From the NCBI GenBank assembly GCA_013239625.1, contig MU054220.1, positions 8,405,367 through 8,469,366 of the forward strand: a DNA stretch of 64,000 nt, read 5' to 3'. The notes under the pieces were generated by a model that was not told the origin of the DNA, ran no database searches, and worked only from the letters and a program-made list of their open reading frames with translations. Positions 1 to 13,899 of the stretch are shown in pieces; the first letter of the stretch is position 1; the number at the start of each line of letters is the position of its first letter. This DNA is from Lama guanicoe. Taxonomy: Eukaryota. Both the position numbers and the translations under genes were made by a program.

Positions 1-3000
1 ATAAAAAGAACTATAGGATTTAATGAATCAACGCAAGTAAAGCAGGCAGCACACTGCTTTGTGAAACAGATACTCACTCCAGACCAACCCCCTCCCCCCG
101 CCCCCCGGCCTCAGTGTGCACTGGTGGTTGTAGCGGTGTTGTGGTGCACTTGTTATTGTGCAAGTGTCCCTTAAGTGCGATTAACTGTCACATAAGGCCT
201 GCCCTCAATCATTTCAATTCTAAGATATACTGCTATCTTGAATCTTAGAATCTCAGACTCTTAATTTCCTGTATATAGCATATAAACTTCCCATTTCATC
301 TTTTGTTTCTAAAGAACAAATGGAAGAATCCATATATTTTCATTTTTGTGTTGCTTTGATAAATTTTGTAAATGTATAGATTTATCTTGAATGATTTTGC
401 AAAGGGATGGCCTTGGGCATCCATGTATAAAGTATTCATGTTGCTATCCACATACAAGGCCACTTAGCAATCATCTAGAGTGGCGATCGTTACTGTCACT
501 GCATGTACGACCTGTAAGTCCAACTTGCATGCTCTTTCATCCAGAGAACTGCTACGTGCTTGGACTGACTTTTTCTATGGTGTTTTATAAATTGCTTACC
601 CATTTCCCCCTGTTTTCTAATGAGAAAGCTGAAGCTCAGAGAGTTTGGGTAATCACAAGACCCACATAGGTAAATATGTGTGCCTGTGTGTGTATAAGTG
701 GTGTGCGTAAGACTGTTGGCATTGAAAACATTAATCAGGAAAGTTTCAGAATATGTTCTTCTCTTATAACGTTCATTCATCATCTTTCTCATCCTCACAA
801 AGTGAAAATAATTTATCCTAGTCCTACTTGCAAGTCACTTTCTGTTTGACACTAACAATTGCAATGCAACTCATAAGAATAAAGAATTTCTACACGGAAA
901 AATTTATCATAGTGGGTAAATTTGAAAGTCTGTGCTATACAGTTTTAATGCAGCGTCTAACCCATAGGTTGATACAAAATAGAAACAGCCAAGGAAACAT
1001 AACAAGTTAAAATAAATCATTAATGGAGAATCAAAGAGTAGAATATAATCTTTCATTTTCGCCTAGCGGAGTGCTTTATACCATAAATCCAATTAGTTTG
1101 AACTGAAAAGAGATTAATCAATTTCTGTGAGCTTCAGGTTTTGCAACAATGACTGTATTGAAAAAAAAAAAATCATGTTCTCAAGAAAAGGCGCTCCATC
1201 CTTAGTGATTTTCCAAACCAATTTTTTATTGTGTTTGGACTGACCAGTGCTCTCTTTCAACTTATTTCCAGTTTTCAGACACGTGTACACAAACGCACAT
1301 GCATACACACAGAGCCATGTTTATCTAAGGGTATTAATTAAATATCTCGTAATAAAACAACATGGTCTGTAAGAGATTCAGCCCTTACAAAGAGGCAAGA
1401 AGGAAAGGAAACAAAATAGAGTTTACACAAGTCGAGAGAAAGGAAGTGCATTTCATGCACTTTGGAGAAATGGGTAAAGTTACTGGCTAGAGTTCACTGA
1501 GTCATCAAGGTGCTTGGACTCAGTTTCCAAATAACATGATGGGAGAAAATGAAATTTTAAAGACCTGAAAATAAGAAGTCATATTTTTATTTAAATTGCA
1601 TGAAATACAAGTAAAACTATTATTATTTCTTGTGTGGTGGGGAGCCTAAAATTTGGAATTTGAGATACACCAAGAAAATTAGACAGCAAATATTCTCTGA
1701 CATCTCTAGTAATTCTCTCTTTAGTACACAGAGGTTTCCCTCGTGACCTACTGGTTTCTCTGAATTGGTTTCATGACGGGGTCCAGGAATTGACTGGAGA
1801 GTCCCTCTCTCTTAAATTTATGGAGTCTCGGGGCCATGTACAGGGCCCAAGTCTAAAGTGTATACAATGAACTGAAGATCAAGAGCAGAGCTAAGCTAGG
1901 ATTTCAATTAAAATCTTGTGTATATTGTTACCATATTCTCTCCACTACCTAAACTGAATAAAGACGCTAACATACTACCTAATAAGATAGTAGATGCATA
2001 ATGCTTGCTATTGAATGAATTAATAATTTCTCAAACACTTTCTTACAAAACAAGTCTATCTTTCCTTATGTTGTCAATTATGACATTTTTAACATACAAA
2101 ACGTTATTTCTTGGAAATTATGGTTATGAAGATTGGAACATTGAACATACCAAAGCTATAGAAAATGTAGCCTGTGGTTTTCAGTGCATTCACGATTTGT
2201 GAAGACTTATATTTTCATTTTCATGAATGGAAAAATATGATTTTAACCATTTTAGCTTTTAACTTGAAATGTGATAAGGACCCTTTGTTTTCAAAACTGT
2301 GAGGTCTACACCATTCCAAATTGTATTTGTCCTTCTAGATGAAGCATAGATTGAAATCCATAAAGACTGTGTTTACTAGTTAAAGCCATTAGTTAGGTAG
2401 CTATACAGAAATCATCCAGTTAGGTACTCATGTTCAAAACCCAAAATGTAACCCGTTCAGTGAAGGTCCAATTGTAGATGGAGTTAAAGGCAATAGTCCA
2501 AGCATAACATTCTGCTCTCAGCTCCACACTACAGATTTACATGACCCCAAGGCTTTATCTCTCACAGCTTCAATACGATTCTTCGTCCAGGCCCCTCTCC
2601 AGTTGGGGTGAGCATTCTATCAAGAATAAAACTCAAATTTTAACTGAAGACCAGGTGAAGTAAGGAGGTAAGCGGACCCAAAGGACGTGATCTTGGGCTT
2701 CAGGTTTATAAGCTGGGCCTAGATATCTAAGAACTAGAGGCTGGACCACAACAAGGATGTAAGATAACTGATTGATCATATAAAAACCTGGCAACAAAGA
2801 AGAGAAAATGAGATTACCGAAGTGAATTTAATGGCGAAGACAAGAAATAAATTGATTTCAGTCTGCATGTGGGAAAGTTAAATTGTAACAAATAGACTAA
2901 ATTTGAGATCATGCTTCATTCGTTGTATTTGTTCCAGTGTAAAATTTTATTTTTAATATTAAAAAGGGATTTTTAAAAACATTATTGTATCATCATTACT

Positions 3001-4124
3001 TGTAAAGTCATCATTTGTAAGTGATACAAAACTTTATCATCGTAACTTGTAAATTCAAACTATGATTGACGCCTTCATGAGATTGTTTGGATGATTAAAT
3101 CAGATACTACATGAAAAGGGCCCAACACATTTCCTGGTTTAAAGCACGCATTTATAAATATTAGCAGCCTTTATTACTGTGTAATACATTTATTTCTGAA
3201 TGTGAAATATTGAATGCAGCACTCTCTTATGAAAGTATACTTTCCTTTCCAATGCCTGTGACAAAAGTTGACAGGCTATGTTAAACGGAAGTGTTTCCCA
3301 TAGTATTGTAAAACATCTCAATTGGTCTCCTTCCACATCAGAAACCTCCCTTTCTGCTCCCTTTCCTCTCATGTGACATTGTCAAACCATATGCAATTTT
3401 ATCCCATTACTTCGTTCCATTTGACCAATTCCAGTCTTGCTTATACAGTATTTTTCTGGATGACTGTCTTAGTTTTCCCCCTCTTTTTGGCTGATAGAGG
3501 TATGAGCTGAGTGCATTTCCGCCACTACCCAACGCTTAAGTGTAGCTTATTCGGTCCATCTGTGCTGAGGGCGGTAGCTGCTCCCTCCTTTGTGTGACTA
3601 ATGCACTGCCTGTATCCGCTCTTGCCTTTACTTTTCTGCTCAAGGCTTCTGCACCTGAGCCTTCTCTCTCCTTCTGAGCTTGAGCTTCCACCTCCTACCC
3701 CTACCCCTTTTTGTCATCTTCTTACGTCCTGCAGAAAGTTAGTGCTGAAAACATTTTGTTGAGATGAATTTGACCACAGCGTTTTCTATGCACTAAATGG
3801 GACAGAAAGCAAAGTTTTAAGACTCCTCATGTTTTTAGTCATCTTCCAGGGCCCTAGGAGATACCCAAGCAATGTTTTGGCATGGACACAGATTTTTATA
3901 AAATTTGGAAAACTGAGATATTTTAAGATCTGATATGGCCATTGTGCTGTTCCAATGTCCCCTTCCTCACGTTCCTCTGCTGTTAAATAGTGGAAGTGGC
4001 TCCTGCTGTAGCTGCTGTCTATTTCATGGGCAGTTGAGATGCACTTGGACACTTAGTTTGGGTTGAGTGGAGTTTAGAGCTCCACGTCCCTTTAGTACTA
4101 AACATACCTGTGTGTGTAGCAATA

Positions 4125-4465
4125 CAGGCATGTCTTGCAGACACTGTGGGTTTGGTTCCAGCCCACTGCAACAAAGCAACTATCTCAATAAAGCAAGTCA
4201 CACAAAGTTTTTGTTTTCCCAGTGCACATAAAATTTATGTTTACACTATACGGTAGCCTGTTTAGTGTGCAATAGTATTATGTTTTTAAAAAACAATGTA
4301 CATACTTTAATTAATAATACTTCTTTGCTAAAGAATTCTGTCATCTGAGCCTCCAGCGAGTCATAGTGGTAACATCAAAGATCACTTATCACAGGTCACA
4401 TAACAAATAATAACCATGAAAATTTTGAAATATTGCAAGAATTACCCAAATGTGACAGAGACGCA
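4125..4465 (-). mobile_element. Tigger1-derived internally deleted DNA transposon (Tigger1a-like, TcMar)
   Basis: Begins after TA with caggcatgtcttgcagacactgtgggtttggttccag, matching the recalled Tigger1 terminus; then jumps to sequence from the other end (aaattttgaaatattgcaagaattacccaaatgtgacagagac). Confidence 0.75.
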
Positions 4466-4632
4466 AATAAAAAGCAAGATGACCAGTTAAATTTGAATTC
4501 ATGTAAACAAGGGATAATATTTTTTAGTATAAGTATGTTCCATAAAATATTTGAGACAAACATACTTTTTAAAAAAGTTGTTTATCTACTTTGTATTTAG
4601 CTGGTGACTTGTATTTTATCTGGCAGCCCTAG
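4463..4632. mobile_element. MER53-like palindromic hAT MITE, truncated at left
   Basis: ccagttaaatttgaattc...tttttagtataagtatgttcc...tgtattttatctggcagccctag matches the recalled MER53 consensus. Confidence 0.75.
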
Positions 4633-5952
4633 CCTAAAACGAAGAATGAAACTCATCCCTGACTAACCTCTTGATTCAAATTATGTGTTGAAATAATAAA
4701 TGTGTATTTTTCTGAAGCACTACCTTGGGGGGTAAATTGATACACAGTAATAAGAAGAAAACTAACACACTGTCCTTTTAAATTTAGCCCATTTTCCAAC
4801 AAATCGAACTTATTTTGGATCTTGAATCTACTACTATACAACATACTTTCCCTGATGTCTTGATCAAATTTCCATTTTCTATGTTTATCTAAGTTAGTTA
4901 AAATAATGTATCAGGAAATCATTGACAGTAGACACTACTGTTGACATGAATTAATTACATCAGCACAGTCGTGTTACTGTGATTTAGTTGGTTAAAGATG
5001 TATCTAATTGACTTTTGTGTCTTCTCTAGATTCTGCAATTTTCTAAGTAAATCAAAATAGCTCTTTTGTAACCATTGGTGGAGTCCATTTATATTTTCTC
5101 TAGTTGATCTACTAATTCTCAGTGTCTAGGATGATGTGTTTCACTTACTCTTAATGGATGGTGTTCTTAAGGTCACCATTTACTCCTTGAGATGCTCACA
5201 AACATGAGGTGACTATAAAACCAGGGTAGAATTTTGCTGCTTTTGAATATTGAGATTATCAATCTGTAAAATATAGTTTGAAAATAAGAATAACAACCCT
5301 ATATTTCAATATCTCATGTTTTTAACACTTTATGAAAATCATTACTAGTGATTAAATAATATTATATATATATATATTTTTTATCTAGTACCAAATTTTG
5401 TTTCTCTTAGAGAATACCTCATGTGGGAAGAACTGATTCAAAAGAAAATATTTCATTGCCTTTGGTCTCATGAACTTACCAGGAATTTGGTAATATTTAC
5501 CCAAATATTTCTAGGATACATTTATGTTTATTGATTGGATTTTAATTATGTCACCGTTCTTTACAGTTTTTCTCTTTTTCTTTCGGGTGAGAAAGAAAAC
5601 TTTCTCTTAACTATTTCTCCATCAGATACTTTCTGACAAAATATATTCTATCCTTTTGTGAAGGGTTCAAAGAACAGAGAATGGTTTCAGCCACAAAGCC
5701 AAATCTCTTAGAATTATGATTCATATGCTATAAATCATTTAATTCATGAATCATTAACTTACTAACTGAACTGAATCATGAAATATATTTTTCTGCAATG
5801 AAGTTGGAAATTTTTACGTATGCATTAATCAGATGTTAAATTAAATGTAGAAGAAAACTAATCTGTGATAGCATTTGAGGGATAGGCCAAATGATGTTAA
5901 AATGAGCAAATTACTTCAATATATATTCCTATGAATATTTCTAGACATAGTT

Positions 5953-6128
5953 TATGATTCTCAAGCATTGGGGTGCATAGAATATTTAAGGGCAGGTATT
6001 AAAATTCAGATTCCAGGCACCAGACTAGAGACTTTTACTCAGTTGGTCTGAAAAGTGACTCAAATATATGGATTTTTAATCGAGAATCAATAGTGATTTA
6101 AACGTTTGTCCGCATTTTAAGAACAACA
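5953..6128. mobile_element. MER5-like hAT-Charlie MITE, degraded
   Basis: gattctcaagcattggggtgcatagaat...aaaattcagattccaggcac...ttaagaacaac resembles MER5A/B. Confidence 0.5.
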
Positions 6129-7959
6129 CATATTGTATACATTTACAATTTTCATAACTTTTCAGGGAGAAAAAACATAGTTTTTACGAGAGATGCAGCT
6201 TTCATTATTTCCTTGTGTATCCTGTGAAAAGCAAGCGAGAGATCTAGTACCCCACGGGCTTCACAGTAGTTCAGTAAATGATTCATTTGAATGAACCTGA
6301 CAGCAAGGCTCAGCCTTATAGGCTTTGGGAATCTGACCATTTTATTCCTCCATATGCTTTGTGGAGTGGAATAGAATAAAAAAGAATAGTTGTCTTTATT
6401 CTAACTTTTGCATAACCCTTGCCACTTTGGATTTGGAAGAACACTTGCTCTTTGTAAGGTCTACAGAATCCAACAAATTACTGAAGAACACTAATGATGG
6501 TAACATGGAGTCCTTTCCTATTTGGAAAATGAAAAAGACACGTTCTGCAGGTGGAGGTCAGTAGAGAGAGTCAAGGACTAACATTTCATTCATGGACCTA
6601 TATTCTCCAGCTCCTTACTGCTCACTTGTTAACTGAGGGTGCAACGTGTTTTGCACTAACTCTGTCATTTTCCAATACAGTTTGCAAAACATTCTCCTTC
6701 CATTCTTTTTTGAATGCTTTGCTCCTCTGGAGGTCATGCCCTCACCCTGTTCCCTACAGGAACATCATCTGAGACCACTGGCTTTCATTCATTCACCAAA
6801 AGTGTTGCTAACGGAGTCCCAGTGTTCCTCTGTGCTCCCCAGTTCTGCCCTCCGCTTGGGTAGGTTCAGTGGCAACATGGCTGCTTATCTGGAACCATAG
6901 CTTCTCACAGCTTTGATCTTATCCCACCGCCTTTCATATGCACATGAGCACTCTGAGGAAGTCTGGGACTTGCCATCCTCTGAGATGCTGTCCCTGCGGA
7001 ACTCAGATGCCTCTCTCTCCAAAGAAAAAGGTTTACCTTGATGATTCTCTGGTTGTTACCTCTACCAAAGAGTAAAATAAATAAAATAATTACAAAATTT
7101 GAGAAATACCATTGGGGAAAAAAAAAAGGTAGGTGAGTTAGGCTGCAAAAGAGGATGAAAGAATAACGTCTCAGGAAACAAGAATTCTCAATAATCCCAA
7201 AGAATTAATGTTTCTCATTCAATACTATTATCATCAAAGAATATCCTTGTATTATTTTAATCTTTTTAAAATTTTAGTTTTATGGTAAAGCTTGGGAAAT
7301 ATGTACCCACACTGAAAAGAATATGTATTCTGTATCTGTTTATTACAGAGTTTTGATCATTCCAAACATAGTATAATAGGAGTGCTCAAAGAAAGAGCTC
7401 CACACTTTTTTTTTTTTTAAGTGAACGTTTTCTTCCTTTGAGAGTTTTTAGGTTTGCTTAAAAGCCTGTATGACTAGACTGAAAATCAAGAGCTGTGTTT
7501 TCCCAAGACAGTAATGAAAAGGATCTAGTAGATCCTTACTCTTCACAATTAAGGGCAGAAATAAAAGAGAATTATTTTCAAGTCATATATATATTATAGC
7601 ACATCATAATTATTAAGCATTGCTAACCTCTAAGAACTATACCAATTCTTTTATATACATTAACTTATTTTCTCAAATCTCCAGCTACCTACTCAATATT
7701 TCCACATAAATGTCTCACTGATATCTCGAAATTTATACACTTGAAGTGTTTCAATCCTATCACTTAACTTTTCCCCCACATCCCCCTCATTCCTATGTCA
7801 TTAAATGATACTGAAGTTGACCAGTTACTTATGGCATCATTCTAAAAGGTAATCAACCCTCTCCCATAATTATAAGAATAAGCGGAGATAAAAAAAATTC
7901 AACCCATATATAAATGAATTAAACTGCAGTATCACCAACTGTGCTGATTCACAAATTAA

Positions 7960-8260
7960 ACACTGATTGATACATGTAACAACAAGCATGTATCTCCCAG
8001 ACACTGAGCTGAGAAAATGCAGCTTTAAGCAAAGACTTTATTGAATAATACCTATTTTCAGAAATTCTAGAACAGGCAAAATTAATCTATTGTGTTTGAA
8101 AGCAGAACAGTGGTGGTTTTCCCACAGGGATTGGACTGACTGGAAAAGGTAACAGGGAAACATTTTGGACTGAAGAATGGATTTTACATCTAGGTTGCTT
8201 GGTGCAATTCATAGGTATGCATACGTTTTAAAACTCGATTTACTGTGCATTTAAGAATAG
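7960..8260 (+). mobile_element. Old L1M (L1ME-type) 3'UTR fragment
   Basis: ctagaacaggcaaaattaatctat...gaacagtggtggtt...gactggaaaagg motifs typical of L1ME 3' ends. Confidence 0.6.
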
Positions 8261-11129
8261 AGCTATGTCAGATAGAAATGCCTTTTGATAAAGAATTGTT
8301 GAGGTCTACTCCTCTGTACTACTTCGTATGGACTTAACCTATCATAAGCTAATGGCAGGTTTCCCCTCTGTTAGAACACAGTAGTTCCTTTTACTTACCT
8401 ACTGATTTTTCTTTTTAATGTGTGTTGACCTTCTGACAGAGAAACGCATTTTTCTTCTTTTAATTCATATTAAATGCACTCACTTTTTCTTAGAAATCAA
8501 TTATGTGCTACTGTTAGATAGCAGTAATTCAGACACAGCTTAGACACTCTCACTATTCACGAGGAGCAGATAGTCCAGAAGAAAACAGATGTGAGTTAGA
8601 AATAAGAATCATCTGTGCAACCAAAAACCCCTTAACATTACCTAATTCTGTTAGCTAATGCTTGTAAGTACAAAAATAATGACATATCTGAGGTCCAGTC
8701 ATACTCCTGGCAGTGATTACTTCTCTTTGTTAGTTTGAGGGTTTTAGATAAGGCAGAACCCTACCAGCAGAAAGATTGTCTCACTGGGTTAGCCGAATAT
8801 TCCTACAAGGCAGTCATCCTCTGGTTAACTCTGGGTAAATAAGCTGTCGGTAACTGTGAGGGGTCTTGCCAGTTTAATAGTTAGCCTGCCACGGTTTCTT
8901 GTTTGGTAGAAAAATAAATGTAAATCCTAGGTCAGGGGCAAAGGAATGTCACTCACAGAAACGGCATTAGAGAGAGCATCAGGGTTTCACTGTCCTGGTT
9001 CTTTCGGCCCCAGTTCCTCTAGGGCAGTACAGAGAGATCCGGATGACAGTTGTAGACACAGAGGGTTGAGTTACTGGAGAGGAACCCTGAGCATTGGGCA
9101 TCTGAATCTTAAGCAGTGGTCAGTAGGCACACCTACTCTGTGCTCCAGGGAAAAAGAAATTATATTTAGAATGCTGGGTAGTAAGTTAACATGCCTTTGA
9201 TTTCCTCCAGTGGGAGAAACATCATCTCCAAAGCTGATCAGTATGCAAACCATCTTTGTAAAGACAGTGTAAAACAAAGTCCCTTAATGCCGCTGTTCGC
9301 AAATTGTGCAGAAACACAAAAGACTCATGGAGAATCTTCTTCCAGCAAAGGTTAGGCATGACCTCAGATGGCTTTAAAGTAATTTTCTATATGTAGCGTA
9401 TTTCAGGATTTCAGGATCAGCCTCTCTGACACCTGTCACTGCAGACTACTCTAAAAGTGTACTTTCTTTCTGGATAGAGCCAAATGGGTATTCCAAACAA
9501 TGCTCACCAGCAGCTAACTGTAATATTGTATCTTTTGAAAACCTTTCCTAGCAGTGTGCTACTCCCCATTGGTGATATTCCAGTGCATGCAATGCTATAT
9601 GTAGTTGCCACATGGAAGGAGACTCTATTTCTTATCTAATTAGATTTTTCATAAAATGAAAGCATGAAAATAATTAGGGGCAGAAAAGTTACTTTGGTGG
9701 CACCACAATATTAATTTCACAAAAGCAGTTCAGAATTTTTATACTTTTTCGGGTCTTTAGAGTACTATTTTCCCCTCAAGCCCTCGATATTTGCTATTGT
9801 TTTGACTGGTCCAAGAATGAATAATAGGTCTTAGGAATCATAACTCATTTGTCTTTCATTCTCAGGCTGAAGAGAACTTCAAACTATCTGATTAAATATT
9901 CAGCATCAGTGCATCACGATGTCCTGTAGACTCAATGTCAAAGATCATTTCTGCCTGGAATACCAGCCTCTCAGTGTACTGTCTGCTGGTGAAGCAGTGA
10001 TGAAAGCATTTTTATAAGGAGTGCTCTTGTGAACTGGGGAATGGTATAATGTTTCTGACTTTGCTTAGTCTCAAGAGCAATTAAGTTTGGAGAAAGGAAT
10101 TGAAAGAACAGGAGAGAGTCATTATTTATAGACATAATTATATTAAAGGTACTAAATCTCATTTATACCTCCCAGCAAAACTTTGTGATGAATGTCATCG
10201 TCTCTGTTTTATTTGAATGAGACTGCAGGCTAGGAATGTTGAGAGATTTGTCCAGAATCGTATGAAGATCGTTGAGAAATCAGCCTACTGATTTTCATGA
10301 ATGAGGAAAATGAGCCCAAGTTAGGGGCTAAAATTCACAACTTATAAAAGCTTAACCAGTCCCATGCTTATGATGAATTTCCCATGTTACTCCTTGCTCC
10401 ATGAATGAGCATACTTAATCATTATTACTCATAGGATTCAAGCAAGTGGCCCCATGTTCTCTTATTATAGCTTGGTAGCAAGGTGCGTCACTGAGGGGAG
10501 AATGACCATCAGGACCTGCATAAGATGTTTATGTTCTCATAGTGGGAAAAAAATTGAGGGAAGAAAATGGCAGGTACCCAGAAATATGAATCATTGGAAT
10601 ATTAATTCCAAGGAAGATATGTCAATCAGCTGTGTTAACTATAACTTCAAATTCTAAATTGTTGGGCAGGACCACATGTCTAGAAGCAGATCCAGAGTCT
10701 CCTTCCTCTCATTTCCTTAGGAACAGAGGAAATACATATTTAGCTCTCTAGTCCATATCTTTGCACTTCTCCAGAGGAGTGAGGGAATTGACCTTGATTC
10801 TTTCAAAATGTGGAATATACCGTATGACCATAAGATATTCAGGAGGAAAGGACATAGGTTCTGGGAGAAAAAAAAATGATGTTTGGAAAGGTTGCCTCTT
10901 GAGTTCCACAGACAGGTGAATCTGAAGGACATTGCAAGCACAGTTGTTACTCAGCAGTGTTGCATCCCGGTCTTCCTGCTTAGACATCAAGGTCCAATGA
11001 TGGTGGAGTCAGAGTCCAGGCACTTGGATGTTAGCAAGTCCTTTGTTCTTCCGCCATACAGCCAGGGCGTGGGGGTCCGACTTCAGTCCTGGAGTGGATT
11101 GAGTATTCTGGTCAGAAGAACCAGTTGGA

Positions 11130-11330
11130 GTAGGCATGGTAGTGTGGTGAGAGCACAGACTCAGAAACCAAAATGTCTCGGTTTCAGTTCTACCTGCAAA
11201 AATAGTTCCGTGATGTGATTGTACTGTCTATAGTTCAGTCTCCTCTTCTATAAAATGGGCTTGTTTTGAGATGAGTAAGTTGGTTTCGAGATAGTTAATA
11301 TATGAAAGACTACATGGTCCTTAGGAAGCT
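11130..11330 (+). mobile_element. MIR SINE
   Basis: ggcatggtagtgtggtgagagcacagactcaga...cagtctcctcttctataaaatggg core. Confidence 0.65.
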
Positions 11331-13899
11331 CGGTGTTTGCTATAGTGATGATATTAGTTATTATTAAGAATTACAGCAATGCATAATTATTAACAATTAT
11401 TGCTGTTGTTACATTTAGTTCTTTTTGGCTAACTGCCTTGAGAACACCTTTCTTAATCTCATTTTGCTTACTCATTCAATGGGGTTAATGGCACTCATCT
11501 TTCAAGGCTGTAGTAAGAATTAGAAGTAATATAAAGAAGCATCTGGTATGGAGTTTGGGCTCAGTGACAATTGTAATTTCTAAGAGGTGATGTCAAGGCA
11601 GAGGCTATGAATGTAGACTAGGAGCTGCCACTGGACAGTAACTTAGGCACTCAGTTTCCTCAATGGCCTGCCAGGTTCCAGGTCTTGAGAAGAAAAACGG
11701 ATTTCATTTTAAGCTGCAACTAATTGAGGTTAGAAAGATTCTGAACAATTGGACTTGCCTTTTCTTCCGTCAGGATTGGCTCAGGAATTTTGCTTGGAGA
11801 CCACACTACATCCATCTTGAGAACCACACGAGGCCGAGGCTGGTAGATGGTTAGAGCTCAGAATTTCATTGCTAACTTTTAAGATGGACAAATGTCTTGC
11901 TTTGCAAGGGATAAATATGGAGATGATGCCACTTACAAGATAGTTCTTGGCGAAATATTACACCTTAAGTTATTTTAATACCATCAAGTATGTAGTTTAA
12001 TATGCTTTCAACATTAAAATATTACCAAAGTATGTTAATGTCCATCAGCCTTGTTGTATCTAATACGAACTTTTTTTTCCCAACACTTTATTTACTTCAG
12101 TGAAAACTTCATATAAAAAAAGACATTGCATTCAAAGGGTCTTGCTGTTCCTGGACATTAGTCCTATGCTATTGAATTGTTAGGAACATGACTTATTGGC
12201 AAGATTTGAACACACACAGGTCCCTAATATTGAGTTCCTGGAGAGTGTCCATTGGCAGTGATTCCTGGGAGTAGATTTAGAATGTCTTTTAAGCTGACCA
12301 GTCCTTCCATAACATAAACTACTTATCAAAATAGTTGTGACTTTCTATAAACAGAGTAAGAAAATTAAAAACTAAAACAGAGATTTCCGACTTCCTTTTT
12401 ACACTAAGCAGCAGAGCAAATCTGGTGAAAAGAAAGAAGGAAAGAGATTTCTCTCATGATTAACCTTATTTTCCTCAAGATATCTGCTACTGATATGACT
12501 TTTTCCATAAAAAGATAAAAAAAATGGACTTATGGTCTTCTATTTCTTTTGGCTTTCAGTAGATATACAAAATAGAAAACAGAACTAAAATTGGACTCCT
12601 TAGTCAAAATTTCAGAATGATCTGCATTACCCTTCATGAACTATCAAATAAATAGATCATTAATCTACCTGCAATTGAGCGTTTATCCTTGTTGAGTTAA
12701 AATAAAATATCTACAAAAAGATGCAATCATGAGTCTATCTATTCATTAAAATAAATAAATCATTATTCATTACTGACCGTATGACAGACCCTGTTCTAGA
12801 AAATGATGAACAAAACAGAGTATCTGCACATTAATATATAACATAAAAGATCCTGTACTTTTTATTCAGAATTTGTGAAGTATAAATAGTGAGGGAAACA
12901 AATATATAAATCTGTGTTTACATACATGTGTATGACACAGAAACATGGCATATTAAAGACAGCATTAGATTTGGGCACAAAGCCTGTAGTTTAGCTGTGT
13001 GATCTTGAGCATGGTTACGTTCAGCTATACGATGCGATAAATTGTATTAAATGGGAGATTTTAAAAGGAGAAGCTGAAAGGGAAAAAAAACCACTCAAAG
13101 GATGGAAACATTAAGATGGATCGTCAGTACCTCAAGTAGCTCTGTAGATGCTGATTTTTATTAGCTGGTCGTAGAGTTAGAAAATACATTAGTATTCTCA
13201 CTTCTCCTCATTTTTTCTACCTCCCTCCCTTCTTCCTCAACCCCCAGAGTAAGTATTTAACTTATTTTGATGTTCTTCCAGCGCAATGTTTGTTGAGGTT
13301 GTTAACCTGATATGTCGATCTCACGAGGTTTAACAAACTGGGGCTTTCACAGCTGTGGTACCGAGGTGCCTAGTTATTTCAGTCTTGATAAAAGACAATT
13401 GTCAAGCTTTAGCTACAACCAATTTAGGAATTCCTTCTCTCTGCTTACTATTTCTGAATACACAGGTGTTGATTTTATTTATTTATTTTCTGTTGATGGA
13501 ACTAGTTTCTTGCCTTTTGGGAATTCACTCTGCACTCAAAAATATTTGCAGCACTGCCTGAAAATAACCACATACAAAATTCTAACCTGCCAAACTATTA
13601 TCCAGACTTTGGTATAATCAAATGTTGGTGCCATTGTTTCTACCAAGCTGAATTCATATTGTCCCCAGTTCTCAATAGGGAATTCTAGACCAGTAATCCT
13701 AGAAATGAGATCAATATAAAAGCATGCAAGTTAAATTAAAGTATTTTCTCTAAATGTTAATAATAATTAATTCAAATATTTATATGTCCTTATTTTCTTA
13801 GACTACTTAAATGTAAGTACAGATTCATGCATAAAAATGTAATTTTGGTAACTAGAGTGATTCACATAGTCTTATGTCAAAGTGACAATACTATCTTTT

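Noticed and set aside
7519..7537. 9-bp inverted repeat aaggatcta-g-tagatcctt
   Set aside because: Plausible by chance in 64 kb of AT-rich DNA.
10883..11218. 111-aa ORF as an exon or processed pseudogene
   Set aside because: Non-ATG start, no recognisable homology, and it runs into a MIR.
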